DNA of 64,000 bases from Hypanus sabinus (Eukaryota): contig NC_082712.1 of the NCBI RefSeq assembly GCF_030144855.1, positions 13,454,001 through 13,518,000 on the forward strand, written 5' to 3'. A program made the translations under genes and the position numbers. Of this stretch, positions 39,601-51,600 are shown piece after piece. Numbering within the stretch: position 1 is the stretch's first letter; every line of letters begins with the position of its first letter. The notes under the pieces are model-generated. The model did not search any database, had not been told where the DNA came from, and saw only the letters and a list, made by a program, of their open reading frames with translations.

Positions 39601-42600
39601 GCGGAAAAATTTTTTCACCCAGAGAGTGGTGGATATGTGGAATACTCTGCCCCAGAAGGCAGTGGAAGCCAAGTCTCTGGATGCACTCAAGAGAGAGTTA
39701 GATAGAGCTCTTATAGATAGCGGGGTCAAGGGATATGGGGGAGAGGGCAGGAATGGGGTACTGATTGTGTATGATCAGCCATGATCACAGTGAATGGCAG
39801 TGCTGGCTAGAAGGGCCGAATGGCCTACTCCTGCACCTATTGTCTATTGTAAACTCGGGATTGCAGCCTGTGCCACGAGACAGAGAGGGTAGGAACAGGA
39901 AGTTATGGCAGATGAATGCGTGGCTGAGGAGTTGGTGCAGGGGGCAGGGGTTCAGGTTTCTGGATCATTGGGATCTCTTCTGGGGACGGTCTGACCTGTA
40001 CAAAAAGGACGGGCTGCACCTGAACTGGAAAGGGACCAATATCCTGGCGGGCAGGTTTGCTGGAGCTGTTGGGGAGGGTTTAAACTAGTTTGGCAGCGGG
40101 GTGGGAATCAGAATGTGAGTGCAGAGATTAAGGTAGAAGGACAAGGGCATGATGCTATGTGTTCTGAGTTGGTGAGGAAGGACAGGCAGGGGACAAAACA
40201 TAAATGTAGCCAGTTAGAGGGGTTGAAATGTGTCTATTTCAATGCTAGGAGTATTAGGAATAAAGGGGATGAACTTCGAGCATGGATCAGTACATGGAAC
40301 TACGATGTTGTGGCCATTACTGAAACTTGGCTGGAGGAAGGACAGGATTGGCTGATGCAGGTACCAGGATTTAGCTGTTTTAAAAGGAACAGAATGGGAG
40401 GTAGAAAGGGGGAGATGAGTAGCATTACTGGTCAGGGATAGTATCACGGCTATAGAAAGGGAGGACGCTGCAGAGGGAATGTCCACTGAGTTGGTCTGGG
40501 TGGAAGTCAGAAATAGGAAGGGATCAATCGCTGTGCTGGGAGTAGTCTATAGGCCCCCAAATAGCCCTCAGGACACCGAGGAGCAGATAAGCAGGCAGAT
40601 TTTAGAATGGTGCAGGAAATACAGGGTTGTAGTTATGGGTGATTTCAACTTCCCACACATTGACTGGCATCTCCCGACTGCAAGGGGGATAAATGGGGCT
40701 GAATTTGTCAGGTGTGTTCAAGAAGGATTCCTGACAGTATGTGGACCGGCCGACGAGAGGAGAGGCCATACTGGATCTAGTTCTGGGTAATGAACCTGGT
40801 CAGGTGACAGACCTCTTGGTGGGGGAGCATTTGGTGAGAGTGACCACAACTCCCTTAGCTTCAGCATAGCTATGGAAAAGGATAAAAACAGACAAAATGG
40901 GAAAGTGCTTAACTGGGGAAGGGCTAACAATGAAGGGATGAGGCAGGAACTAGCGAGAGTAAATTGGAAACAGATGTCCAAGGGTGAAAACACAGAAGTA
41001 ATGTGGGAGAAGTTTAGGGACCACTTGTGCTGTGTTCAGGATAGGTTTGTCCCACTGAGACAAGTTTAAAATGATAGGAAAAGGGAACCATGGCTGACAA
41101 AACACGTGAGGCAACTCATCCAGAGGAAGAAAGAAGCATATGTTAGATATAAGAAGCAGGAAACAGGGGGGGCTCATGAGAAATATAGGATAGCCAGGAA
41201 GGTGCTTAAGAAAGGACTGAGGAGAGCTCTAAGTCTTGGCATGTCGGATTAAGGAGAACCCCAAGGCGTTCTACACGTATGTGAAGAACAGAAGGATGAA
41301 TAGAACAAAGGTGGGGCCACTAAAGGATAAGGAGGGCAATATGTGCTTGGAGGTGCAGGAGGTTGGGGAGGTCCTAAATGAATACTTTGCTTCAGTATTG
41401 ACAAGTGAAAAGGACCTTGATCAGGGTGAGATCGAAATAGAGCAGGTCTGTGCACTGGACAATGTGGAGATTAAGGAAGAAATATTGGATCTTCTTAAAA
41501 ACATCAAAATTGATAAGTCCCCAGGACTGGATGTGATATACCCCAGGTTGCTGTGGGAGGTGAGAGAAGAAATCACTGGAACAGTAGCTATGATCTTTGA
41601 ATCCTCTTTGGCTGCAGGGGAGGTGCCGGAGGATTGGAGAATGGCAAATGTAGCTCCCCTTGTTTAAAAATGTTAATAGGGAGAATCCTGTGAACTAGAG
41701 ACTGGTGAGTCTTACGTCGGTGCTCTGAAAACTATTGGAAAGGATTCTTAAGGATAGGATCTGTGAGCATTTGGAGAAGTCCAGTCTGCTCAAGGATAGT
41801 CAACATGGCTTTGTGAAGGGAAGGTTGTGCCTCACCAGCCTGACTGAGTTTTTTGAAGAGGTAACAAAAGAAATTGATGAGGGTAGGGCAGTAGATGTGG
41901 TCTACATGGATTTTAGCAAAGCATTTGTCAAGGTCCCCCATGAGAGACTCATCCAGAAAATCATGAGGCGTGGAATCAATGGAACCTTGGCTGTTTGGAT
42001 AAAAAATTAGTTTACAGGAAGAAAGCAGAGGATCGTAGTGGAAGGAAAGTATTCTGCCTGGAGGTCGGTGACTAGTGGAGTGCCACAAGGATCTGTCCTG
42101 GGACCCCTACTCTTTAAGTATAACTGAGAATGCATGTAGTTTGCAGCACAGGTAAACAGTAAACAGCTCAGTGCACTATCTTTGTAGAAAGCAGGGTTCA
42201 CTGTAGAATTCCTTCTCAAACACACCAGCTCAGGCTGTAGAACACTTTCAGTACAGTAAGTATTACACTGGAGAGGGTTCACTGTAGAATTCCTTCTCAA
42301 ACACACCAGCTCAGGCTGTAGAACACTTTCAGTACAGTAAGTATTACACTGGAGAGGGTTCACTGTAGAATTCCTTCTCAAACACACCAGCTCAGGCTGT
42401 AGAACACTTTCAGGACAGTAAGTATTACACTGGAGAGGGCTCAGTGTAGAATTCCTTCTCAAACACACCAGCTCAGGCTGTTGAACACTTTCAGTACAGT
42501 AAGTATTACACTGGAGTGGGTTCACTGTAGGATTCCCTTTCAAACACACCAGCTCAGGGTGTTGAACACTTTCAGTACGGTAAGTATCACACTGGAGTGG

Positions 42601-45600
42601 GTTCAGTGTAGATGAAGATACAGATGAAGATGAAGATGAAGTACAGATGAAGATCATGTTCATTGTCGTCTGAGTGTACATCTCCACAACAAAATGTAAC
42701 AGTGTTCCTCTGGATCACGGTGCACCCAGAAAACATCTACAGTCTCACATCACACACAGCTCATAATGCAAAATATTCCCTCAGCTGAGTTAATAGGTTA
42801 GTGACTAATGCCATTACACAGGACTGACTGGTGTTGTTATACTGTATTGATCAGTATTATTACTCTGTATTGATTAGTGTTGTTTCAGTACAGTGACTAG
42901 TGTTGTTAAACAATACTGACTGGTGTTGTTTCATTGTGGTGATTGTGTTGTCACACTGTACTGATTAGTGATATCACACTGTACAGATCAGTGTTGTTAC
43001 ACTGTACTGATTGGTGTTGCTGCAGTGTATTGATTTGTGCTGTTTCCCTGTAATGGCCAGTGTTACACTGTACTGGTCGTTGTTGTTAGACTGTACTGAT
43101 TGGTGTTGTTACACTTCACTGATTAGTGATGGTGTCAATTGGTTCAACAACCAAATGATTGAAGGGAATTAGCTGTTCCTGAACGTGGTGGTGTGAGATT
43201 TAGGCTTCTTGATCTCCTGCCCGATGGGACTGATTTATGTTCTAAAGAGTTTCCCTAGTTTGAATGGACTTTAATGAGTGAGACACATGTGGGGCCGTTT
43301 TCATTCAGGAGGGTGCTGTGGGGAGTTTTTATTATTTTGTTAGCTGGAAATTTTGTCAGTGTTAAACGTTTTTGCTGAGGGTTAACCGATTTATTCTGGC
43401 ACCTGTCCTTCCCTCAGCTCCCAATGAGAGTGTCTCTGTGATGACTGGAACTGAGGGAGCTTCGGCCACGTTACCCTGTGTGTTCACACGGCCTCGGCAG
43501 AGCCTCACCGCACACACGGTGACGTGGATGAGGAAGGATCCCTACCGAATCATCGTCACATTCAGGCACCATGGAAATGGATCGTGGGTAGCGGAAAACG
43601 GAGTGACTCGGTACGAGCTCGTCGAGGACCTAGAGCTGGGAAGCGCCTGGATCAGGATAAAGCAGCTGAGAGTGGAGGACAGTCACAGCTACCTGTGTCT
43701 GGCTGAGTTCAGGAACATGAAGCATGATTATTCATCCGACAGAGAGCACATCACACCTCCATTTATACATGTGTTCCAGAGTGAGATCCGGTTGCAGGTC
43801 AGACCAGGTAAGAAATCATTGACACATTCTGCAGGGCATGGGGAGGGTTTTGGGGGGGGGGTGGGGTGGGGGGTAGCCTGCTACCATTATCCTTCCTCTA
43901 ATCAACCCCACCCCCGGGTTTATCTGTCTGTCCCCGAGTGAGATCTGACTGTAGATCAGACCCGGAAAAGAACCCGTCACCACATTCAAGTTCAAGTTTA
44001 ATTGTCAATCAGCCACACGTGCGTACAGCAAAACAAAACAGTGTTCCTCCAGGGACAAGCTGTAAAGCAGAGTAGCAACAGCACACAGTACACATTGTTA
44101 TGATGGCAGAAAAGCATACAGTCACAAAAAGACATAATATTGCCCAAGTTCCTGAGTGGTCTGGATTGGAGCTGGATGGTAGATTGGATATTGTCCTGGT
44201 CCAGCTTGTCTCTCACTAAGTGAACACTGGGGGGCAGCACTGAGCAAAAGAGGAAGGCAGCACCGATGGGAGTGGCCTGTCCCCAACCCACGACGGACTC
44301 CAGCACGTTCACAGAGGCCTCTGCTCTCTCCCACACCATCTCGGCATCTTCTGCAGTGTTCAGGGATGGGTCAGAACCTCCAGCACCCACTGTATTCTGT
44401 GTCCAGACTCTGGGGATGAATGGTATATCGGCCACTCCCAGCCTCAGCTGGTGATGAGTTCCATTTCCCCACCACAACTCCATCTCAGACGGTCCCTCAC
44501 ACAGGGCGGCCCCCAGATTTCAACGGGCCCCCTGGCGGGGCCTTGCCTGAGCCTGGGAGGAATGAGTGGAGTTCTAACGGAGGATCAGGAATCTTCCCAG
44601 AGAAGATGCACACTCAGCGTTTCAGGAAGAGCTTCTTCCTTCCTGCTGTTTTCTGAATGGACAATCAGAAAAGTGAGGGCCATCTCACTTTTTTCCCTAT
44701 TTTTCCCTCTTTTGTGCTACTTATTTAATTTAAAATTATACATGTAGGTATATATTTCTTATTGAAATTTACAGTTTTTTAATTAATATGTATTGCAATG
44801 TATAACGGGGTGTCAGGGTGAAGATACGTCTTTACCAAAGGAGGTGTAAGACACTCCTTCCCTCCACTAGTCTTCACTTTACCCTTGGGCGAGGTGTAGC
44901 CCCTGCTTCGCCCCTGATCAGGGTCACGTGAATCCATGGGATCAGGTGGTGGATGGTTGTATGAGCAGCTGGTGCAGATCACAAATTCTGGTTATGTGAC
45001 CACTGACACCAGGCAGACAATCTCTGAAGATTATTGACAATGGCTGGGCTCACCCATCCCGGACAGACACTGCTCAGAAGAAGGTGATGGAAACCCCTTT
45101 TGTAGAAAAATTGCCAAGAACAATCATGGTCATAAACAGGAAAATATCTGCCGTTGCTGGAAATCCAGAGCAACACACACAAGATACTGGAGGAGCTCAG
45201 CAGGTCGGGCAGTGTCTATGGGGAAAGGATCAAAGGTTCATTTTATTGTCAAAGTTTGCATGTAGAATACAACTCTGATATTCATCTTCTCCAGATAACC
45301 ATGATATCCAGATAAACCATGGGATTCATTACAAGAAAAGACATCAATACCCCCACACGAAAAGGAAAAAGAAAAATCTCGCAAACCTCAAACCCCCTCC
45401 CCGTCCCCCACCTCCCTCCCTCGCACAAAAGCCAACAGATCGCCCACCTGGAAGACGATCGTCAGAAGATCGAAACCCTCAAGCCCCCAACCCCTCCCTC
45501 TCAAAAAATACAGTGCTGACAACACCAAACCCAACACCCTCTCCCCACACAGATCACCCACACAGAACAGTCAACAGGAACATCAGACACCAAACCCTAA

Positions 45601-48600
45601 CCCCTCCCTCACACAAAAACAATACATCGTCCCTCTAGAACCCCAACCCACCAATCAGCAACAAGAAAGAAAACAGAAACTGAAGGAGAGCAAAATAAAC
45701 TACAGCCCAACAGCCACATCAGTCTCAGAATTTCAAACATTCCTCCCACCAGAATTGAGTAAACAGTCGATGTTTTGTGCTGAGACTCTGCATCGGAACT
45801 CATGAAAGGGCCTGTTCTGCACGGTGTGAGTCCTGATGAAGGGGTCAGCCTGAAACGTCAGCTGCTTACTCTTCCCCAGAGATGCTGCCTGGCCTGCTGA
45901 GTTCCTCCAGCATTTTGTGTGTGTTCATCATGGTTACGAGACTGTGATTGCCCACATCACACAACACAGCACATACCGATGATGATGATCGCAATGTACT
46001 GCTACACAAAACACAAGCCGGTGAAATTATCCTAATCCCGATTGCGATTCTGCAGAATGTCAGGGGGAGGAGGCAGACAGGACACGTTTACAGGGCTCAA
46101 CCTGTCACATTGATCCATAAGAAGTTAAGAAATAGGAGCAGGATTCGGCCATCCGGCCCATTGAGCCTGTCCCGCCATTCGATAAGATCATGGCTGATCT
46201 GTCCGTAAACTCAGCTCCATCTACCTACCTTTTCCCCAAAACCCTTAATTCCCTTACTATGTAAAAACCTATCTAACTGTTTCTTAAATATATTTAGTGA
46301 AGAAACCTCAACTGCTTCCCTGGGCAGAGAATTCCACAGATTCACCACTATCTGGGAAAAACAGTTTCTCCTCATCCCCATCCTAAATCTTCTCCCCGAA
46401 TGTTGAGGCAATGTCCCCTAGTTCTAGTCTCACCTACCAAGGGAAACAACTTTCCTGCTTCTATCGTATCTATCCCTTTCAAAATTTTGTATCTTTCTAT
46501 AAGATCCCCTCTCATTCTTCTGAACTCCAGAGAGTATAGTCCCAGGCGACTGAACCTCCCCTCACAGGTTAACCCCTTCATCAAGACAGAAGCCAGCCTC
46601 CCACCATGGATTCTGTCTGCACTTCTCACCGTCTCTGTGAAACAGAATGCAAAATCAGAGACCCTCCCATCCACCCTGGACATCCTCTCTTCGGCCCTCT
46701 CCCACTGGGCAGAAGGTACAACAGCCTGGACGCACGGACCACCAGGCTGAAGGACAGCTTTTATCCTACAGTTATAACTACGGAGTGGTCCCCCAGTACG
46801 ATAAGATGGACTCTCCACCTCATTATTTATTTGTTTATTCATTTAGAGATACAGCACGGAACAGGCCCTTCCGACCCAACGAGCCACACCACCCAGAAAC
46901 CCACCTATTGAACCCACGACGATTTACAATGACCAATTAACCGACGAGCCGGTCCATCCCTAGACTGTGGGAGGAAACCGGAGCACCCGGAGGAAACCCA
47001 CGCGGTCACAGGGAGAACGTACAAACTCCTTACAGACGGTGCAGGAATTGAACTCTGAACTCCGACACCCGGAGCTGCCATAGTATCATGCTAACGGCTG
47101 TGCTACCGTGGCAACCCACTTAATTATGGCCCTGCACCTCACTGCCTGCCCACACTGAACTTTCCAGTAACTGTCACACTTTATTCTGCACTCTGCTGTT
47201 GTGTCCCCTGTACTGCCCCAGTGTGATGATGTGATGAAATGATCTGCTCAGACAACAAAGTTTTTCACTTCCCAAACTACTTGTGTCAGTAAAGAATCGA
47301 CGACCAATTCACCTCTCGTGCTTGCTGAAGTCTTGCTGAATCTCCGGACCTGCAATGCTGAGGGTGGCTTTTCCTCTATGGACGCTGGCTGACCCACTGA
47401 GCTCCTTTGGCAGGTTGCTTTTCCACTCGATGTAGAACTGTAGGTTCAGAGCTTTGACCGGTGACCATTTGGCGTTTGGGATTGATCAGTTCGAGCAAAT
47501 TGGAGGAAGGCAGGGACACGAGCAGTGGCCATCGTCACAGCGGCCATTGTCTGAGTGGACAGTCGGACTGGTGATCTTGAGGCTTTAGCTCTTTGAAGCT
47601 TCCGTGAGGAGAGGCTTCACTCAGAGAAAGCAAAGGAAAGAAAAGCTCAGGTTTCTCCATCTCGTCTTTATATCTGGTGAACTGAGACAATGGAGATGCC
47701 CGGCAGGATAGTGGAATTCTCCTCTTGTGGGATGTGGGAAGGCAGGGAGACCTCCAGTGTCCCTGACGACTACAACTGTGAGAAGTGGATCCAGCTGCAG
47801 CTTCTAACCATCCGCGTGAAGGAGTCGGAGCTGGAACTGGATGAACTCCGGATCATCCGGGCGGATGAGAGGGTGATGGATAGGTCACACAGAGAGGCAG
47901 TTACACCCAAGGTGCAGGAGAGTACCCCTGTGGCCATCCCCCTCAAAGTGGTATACTGTCATGGGGAGGGGAGTGGGTGGAGAGGGATGACATAACAGAG
48001 GAAAGTCACATTGGTTGGGTCTCTGGCACTGAGTCAGCCTCTGTGACTCAGAAGGGAAGGGGGGGAGAAGAGGCACACTGTGGTAATGGGGGATTCATTA
48101 GGGGAACGGACAGGATGTTCTGTGGTGAGAACAAGATTCCTGGATGGTACTTTACCTCCTGGGTGCCAGGGTCCGGGATATCTCAGATTGGGTCCTCAGC
48201 ATTCTGGAGTGGGAGGATGAGTTGCCAGAGGTCGTGAAGCATGTAGGTGCCAATGACATGGGTAGGATGAGTGTCCGGGTTCTGCATGGGGAGTCAGGTA
48301 TTACGTTGAAGGGCAGGAACTCCAGGGTTGTGATCTCAAGATTGCTACCTGTGCCACATGCTACTGAGGCTAGAACTAGAAAGATTATACAGTTCAATAC
48401 TTGGCGAAGGAGTTGGTGGAGGAGAGTGGGCATCAGATTTTTGGATCATTGGGCTCTTTTCCGGGAAAGTGGACCTGTACAGAAGGGACAGTTTGCACCT
48501 GAACTGGAGGGAGATTAATATCCCTGTGGGAAGGTTTGTTAACGCTGCATGGTAGGTTTAAACTGGAGTTGCAGGGGATGGGAACCAGAGTGCCAGAACA

Positions 48601-51600
48601 GTTAGTGGAGAGGTTGTGGAGGCAGATGTTCATAAAACCTCAGACAAAGATAGGTTGAGCATGGTGTGACTTGTATCCTGAGCTGAGTATATGTTGAATC
48701 ATTGTGGAAAGAGCTAAGGAACTGCAAGTGTCATAAGACCCTGATGGGAGTTGTATACAGACCCCCTGAACAGTAGTAAAGATGTGGTCTTCAAATTACA
48801 ACGGGAGAAAGAAAATGCATGTGACAATAATCACGGGGAATTTCAATGTGCTGGGAGATTGGGAAAATCAGCTTGGTGCTGGATTACAGGAGGAAAGTCT
48901 AGAGCAGGGGTCGGCAACCCGCGGCTCCGGAGCCGCATGCGCCTCTTTCATCCCTGTGCTGCGGCTCCCTATGGCTTTGGAAAATAAATGATGAGTATTT
49001 AATTAAAATGTATTTTATGTTAGTTTGTTAGTTTTTGAAATGTAATTCTAAATTCGAAGATTATGGTGAACTTTTACAATCTAAATAAAACGTGTTTTTT
49101 GTCGCTATTAATATAAGTCAGCACGGCCAATGCCTGACACCCGCTAGTGCGCGATTTCTTTAATTTTTCGATCGAAGGTAGGCTAACTATGGAGAATTCT
49201 AAAAAAAGAAAAGTGACTGAAGAAAACAGAACTTTTAATGATACGTGGACAGATTCATTTGCTTTCACTGCTGACGAGACTGGTTTACCGGTATGCTTAA
49301 TATGCAATGAGAAACTAGCAAACAACAAAAAGTCAACAGTCGCAAGACATTTCCAGAATAAACACGCAGCCTTTGCTCAAAAATATCCGGATGGAGATGA
49401 GAGAAAAAAAGCCGTTTCAGAACTGATGTGGAAGGTTGATCCGAGCAAAAATCATTTCAAGAAGTGGATGATGTCTGAAAATCAATGACATATGCTAGTT
49501 TTGTTGCCGCTCAGGAAATAGTCAGGCACAGGAAGCAGTTTACAGATGGCGAATATATAAAAGAATCTTTCATTAAGATTTCAGAACATCTATTCACGGA
49601 CTTTAAAAACAAGAGTGAAATTGTGCAGAAAATCAGGGATATGCCCCTCTCTGCAAAGACTGTCAAAGACAGAACCATAAAAATGGCAGAAGACATCAGA
49701 AGACAGTAAATTAAAGACATCAATTCAGCTGTGGCCTACTCGATTGCCTGTAACGAGTCTAAAGACAAAGGTGATATTGAACAAATAGCGCTGTTCTGCC
49801 GGCATATAAACTCTGCCGGGCCACAGGAAGAAATGATTGAGTTGATACCTCTAAAAGACCAAACACGGGGGGAGGACATCTGTGAGGCTGTCTTGAATTG
49901 TTTAAGAGCCAAAGTAATAAAGACCACCCACCTGGTGTCAGTAGCTACTGATGGGGCACCGAATATGACGGGAACGCACAAGGGATTTGTGGCTTTACTG
50001 CAGAAGTCACTGGACAGAAAGCTGCTGAGTTTTCACTGCATCTTGCACCAAGAGGCACTGTGCGCTCAAACATTTCCTCCGAAATGCACAGAAGTAATGG
50101 ATGTTGTCATTCAGATTGTCAATAAAACAATGGCAAAAAGTTTAAATCACCGTCAATTCCGTTTGTTACTGGACGAGCTGGAAAGCGCATATTCTGATCT
50201 CCTGCTGCACAACAAAGCCCGGTGGCTGTCAAGAGGGGAGGTGCTGAAACGCTTTGTCGCGTGTCTGGAAGAAGTGAAAACTTTCCTGGGCCGCAAAGGT
50301 CTCACCTTTCCTGAGCTGGAACAGCCAGAGTGGCTGGAAAAGCTACACTTCATGGTAGACATGACAGCGCACCTGAACACGCTAAACACAGCTCTTCAGG
50401 GGAAAGGACGCACAGCCCTGCACATGTTGGAGGATGTTTTGGCATTCCAGCGCAAGTTGACAGTGCTTGCCAGAGATTTACAGAAAGGCACATTGTCTCA
50501 CTTCCCCAATTTGAGAGAGTTCAAACAAGCTCACGACATGATAAATTCAGAGTATTTACATTCTGCAATCAATGCAATGCAAACATCGTTTGGGAAACGC
50601 TTCTGTGAGTTCAGAGAGGTAAAAAAACACATTATCCTTCCCGGTCACTCCCCTAAGCATCGATCCATCCCACTGAATACGACTGCATTGGCAGGTGTGA
50701 GTCAACCTGATCTTGAGATGGAACTGGCCAACATAGCCGACAAAGACATATGGGTGTCCAAGTTTAGACGCTTGACAGCAGACCTTGAAGATGTTGCCCG
50801 TCAGAAGGCCGTTCTTGCTCAGAATCACAAATGGAGTGATATTGAAAACCTCCCCAAGCCGGACAAACTTGTGTTGGAAACATGGAATGCTATCCCCGAC
50901 ATTTATGTAAACATTAAAAAGTATGCGCTTGGTGTCCTGTCGATCTTTGGATCCACATATGTGTGTGAGCAGGTGTTCTCCAACATGAACTTTATTAAAA
51001 ACAAACATCGCGCACGCCTCACAGATGACAGCTTGTGATCCTGTGTAAAGATGAAGGTGATGTCATACAGCCCTGATGTGCAGGCGCTGTGCGCTGAGGT
51101 CCAGGAGCAGAAATCCCATTAACCAAGTATGATAAATATTTTAATTGCCTATTATTTTACGTATATTCATATTTTTTCATTGTTCAGTGAAATAGTCCTT
51201 TTATTTTTCAGGTTGACAGCTGGCTGATGTTATTTTTGGTTTGCTGCTGGCGGACAATTTAAGTTCAGCATTTTTCATAAATACAAGAAGGACTCAAATA
51301 GACATTGATTATTTTACTTAAAAGTAAACTTCAACCCAACGTCTTTTTTTCGGAGTTCAAAATGTTTTTGTTGCATGCAGAAATGTAATTTCATTTTCTC
51401 TGCAGGAGTTCATCGATTTCATAAATGCAACACATTATAGTTTGCTTATACATAGCATAAAGGCAAAAAAACGTTGTATGCACTATTATTTCATTTTAAA
51501 TGTCAAACGGGTTTTGTGGCTCCCAGTGTTTTCTTTTCTGTGGGAGACGGGTCCAAATGGCTCTTTCAGTGGTAAAGGTTGCCGACCCCTGGTCTAGAGA

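Noticed and set aside
42007-42687. 226-aa Cys-rich repeat protein on the - strand
   Set aside because: Artefact of a stop-free 81-bp satellite; no splice or start context.
33788-43807. V exons as rearranging Ig, TCR or IgNAR V segments
   Set aside because: Each includes its own G strand and ends in a phase-1 splice donor; no heptamer-nonamer RSS follows either.
49189-51122. Host gene GTF2IRD2 or EPM2AIP1
   Set aside because: Intronless, disrupted and bounded by TIRs and a TSD, so it is a transposon copy rather than a domesticated gene.
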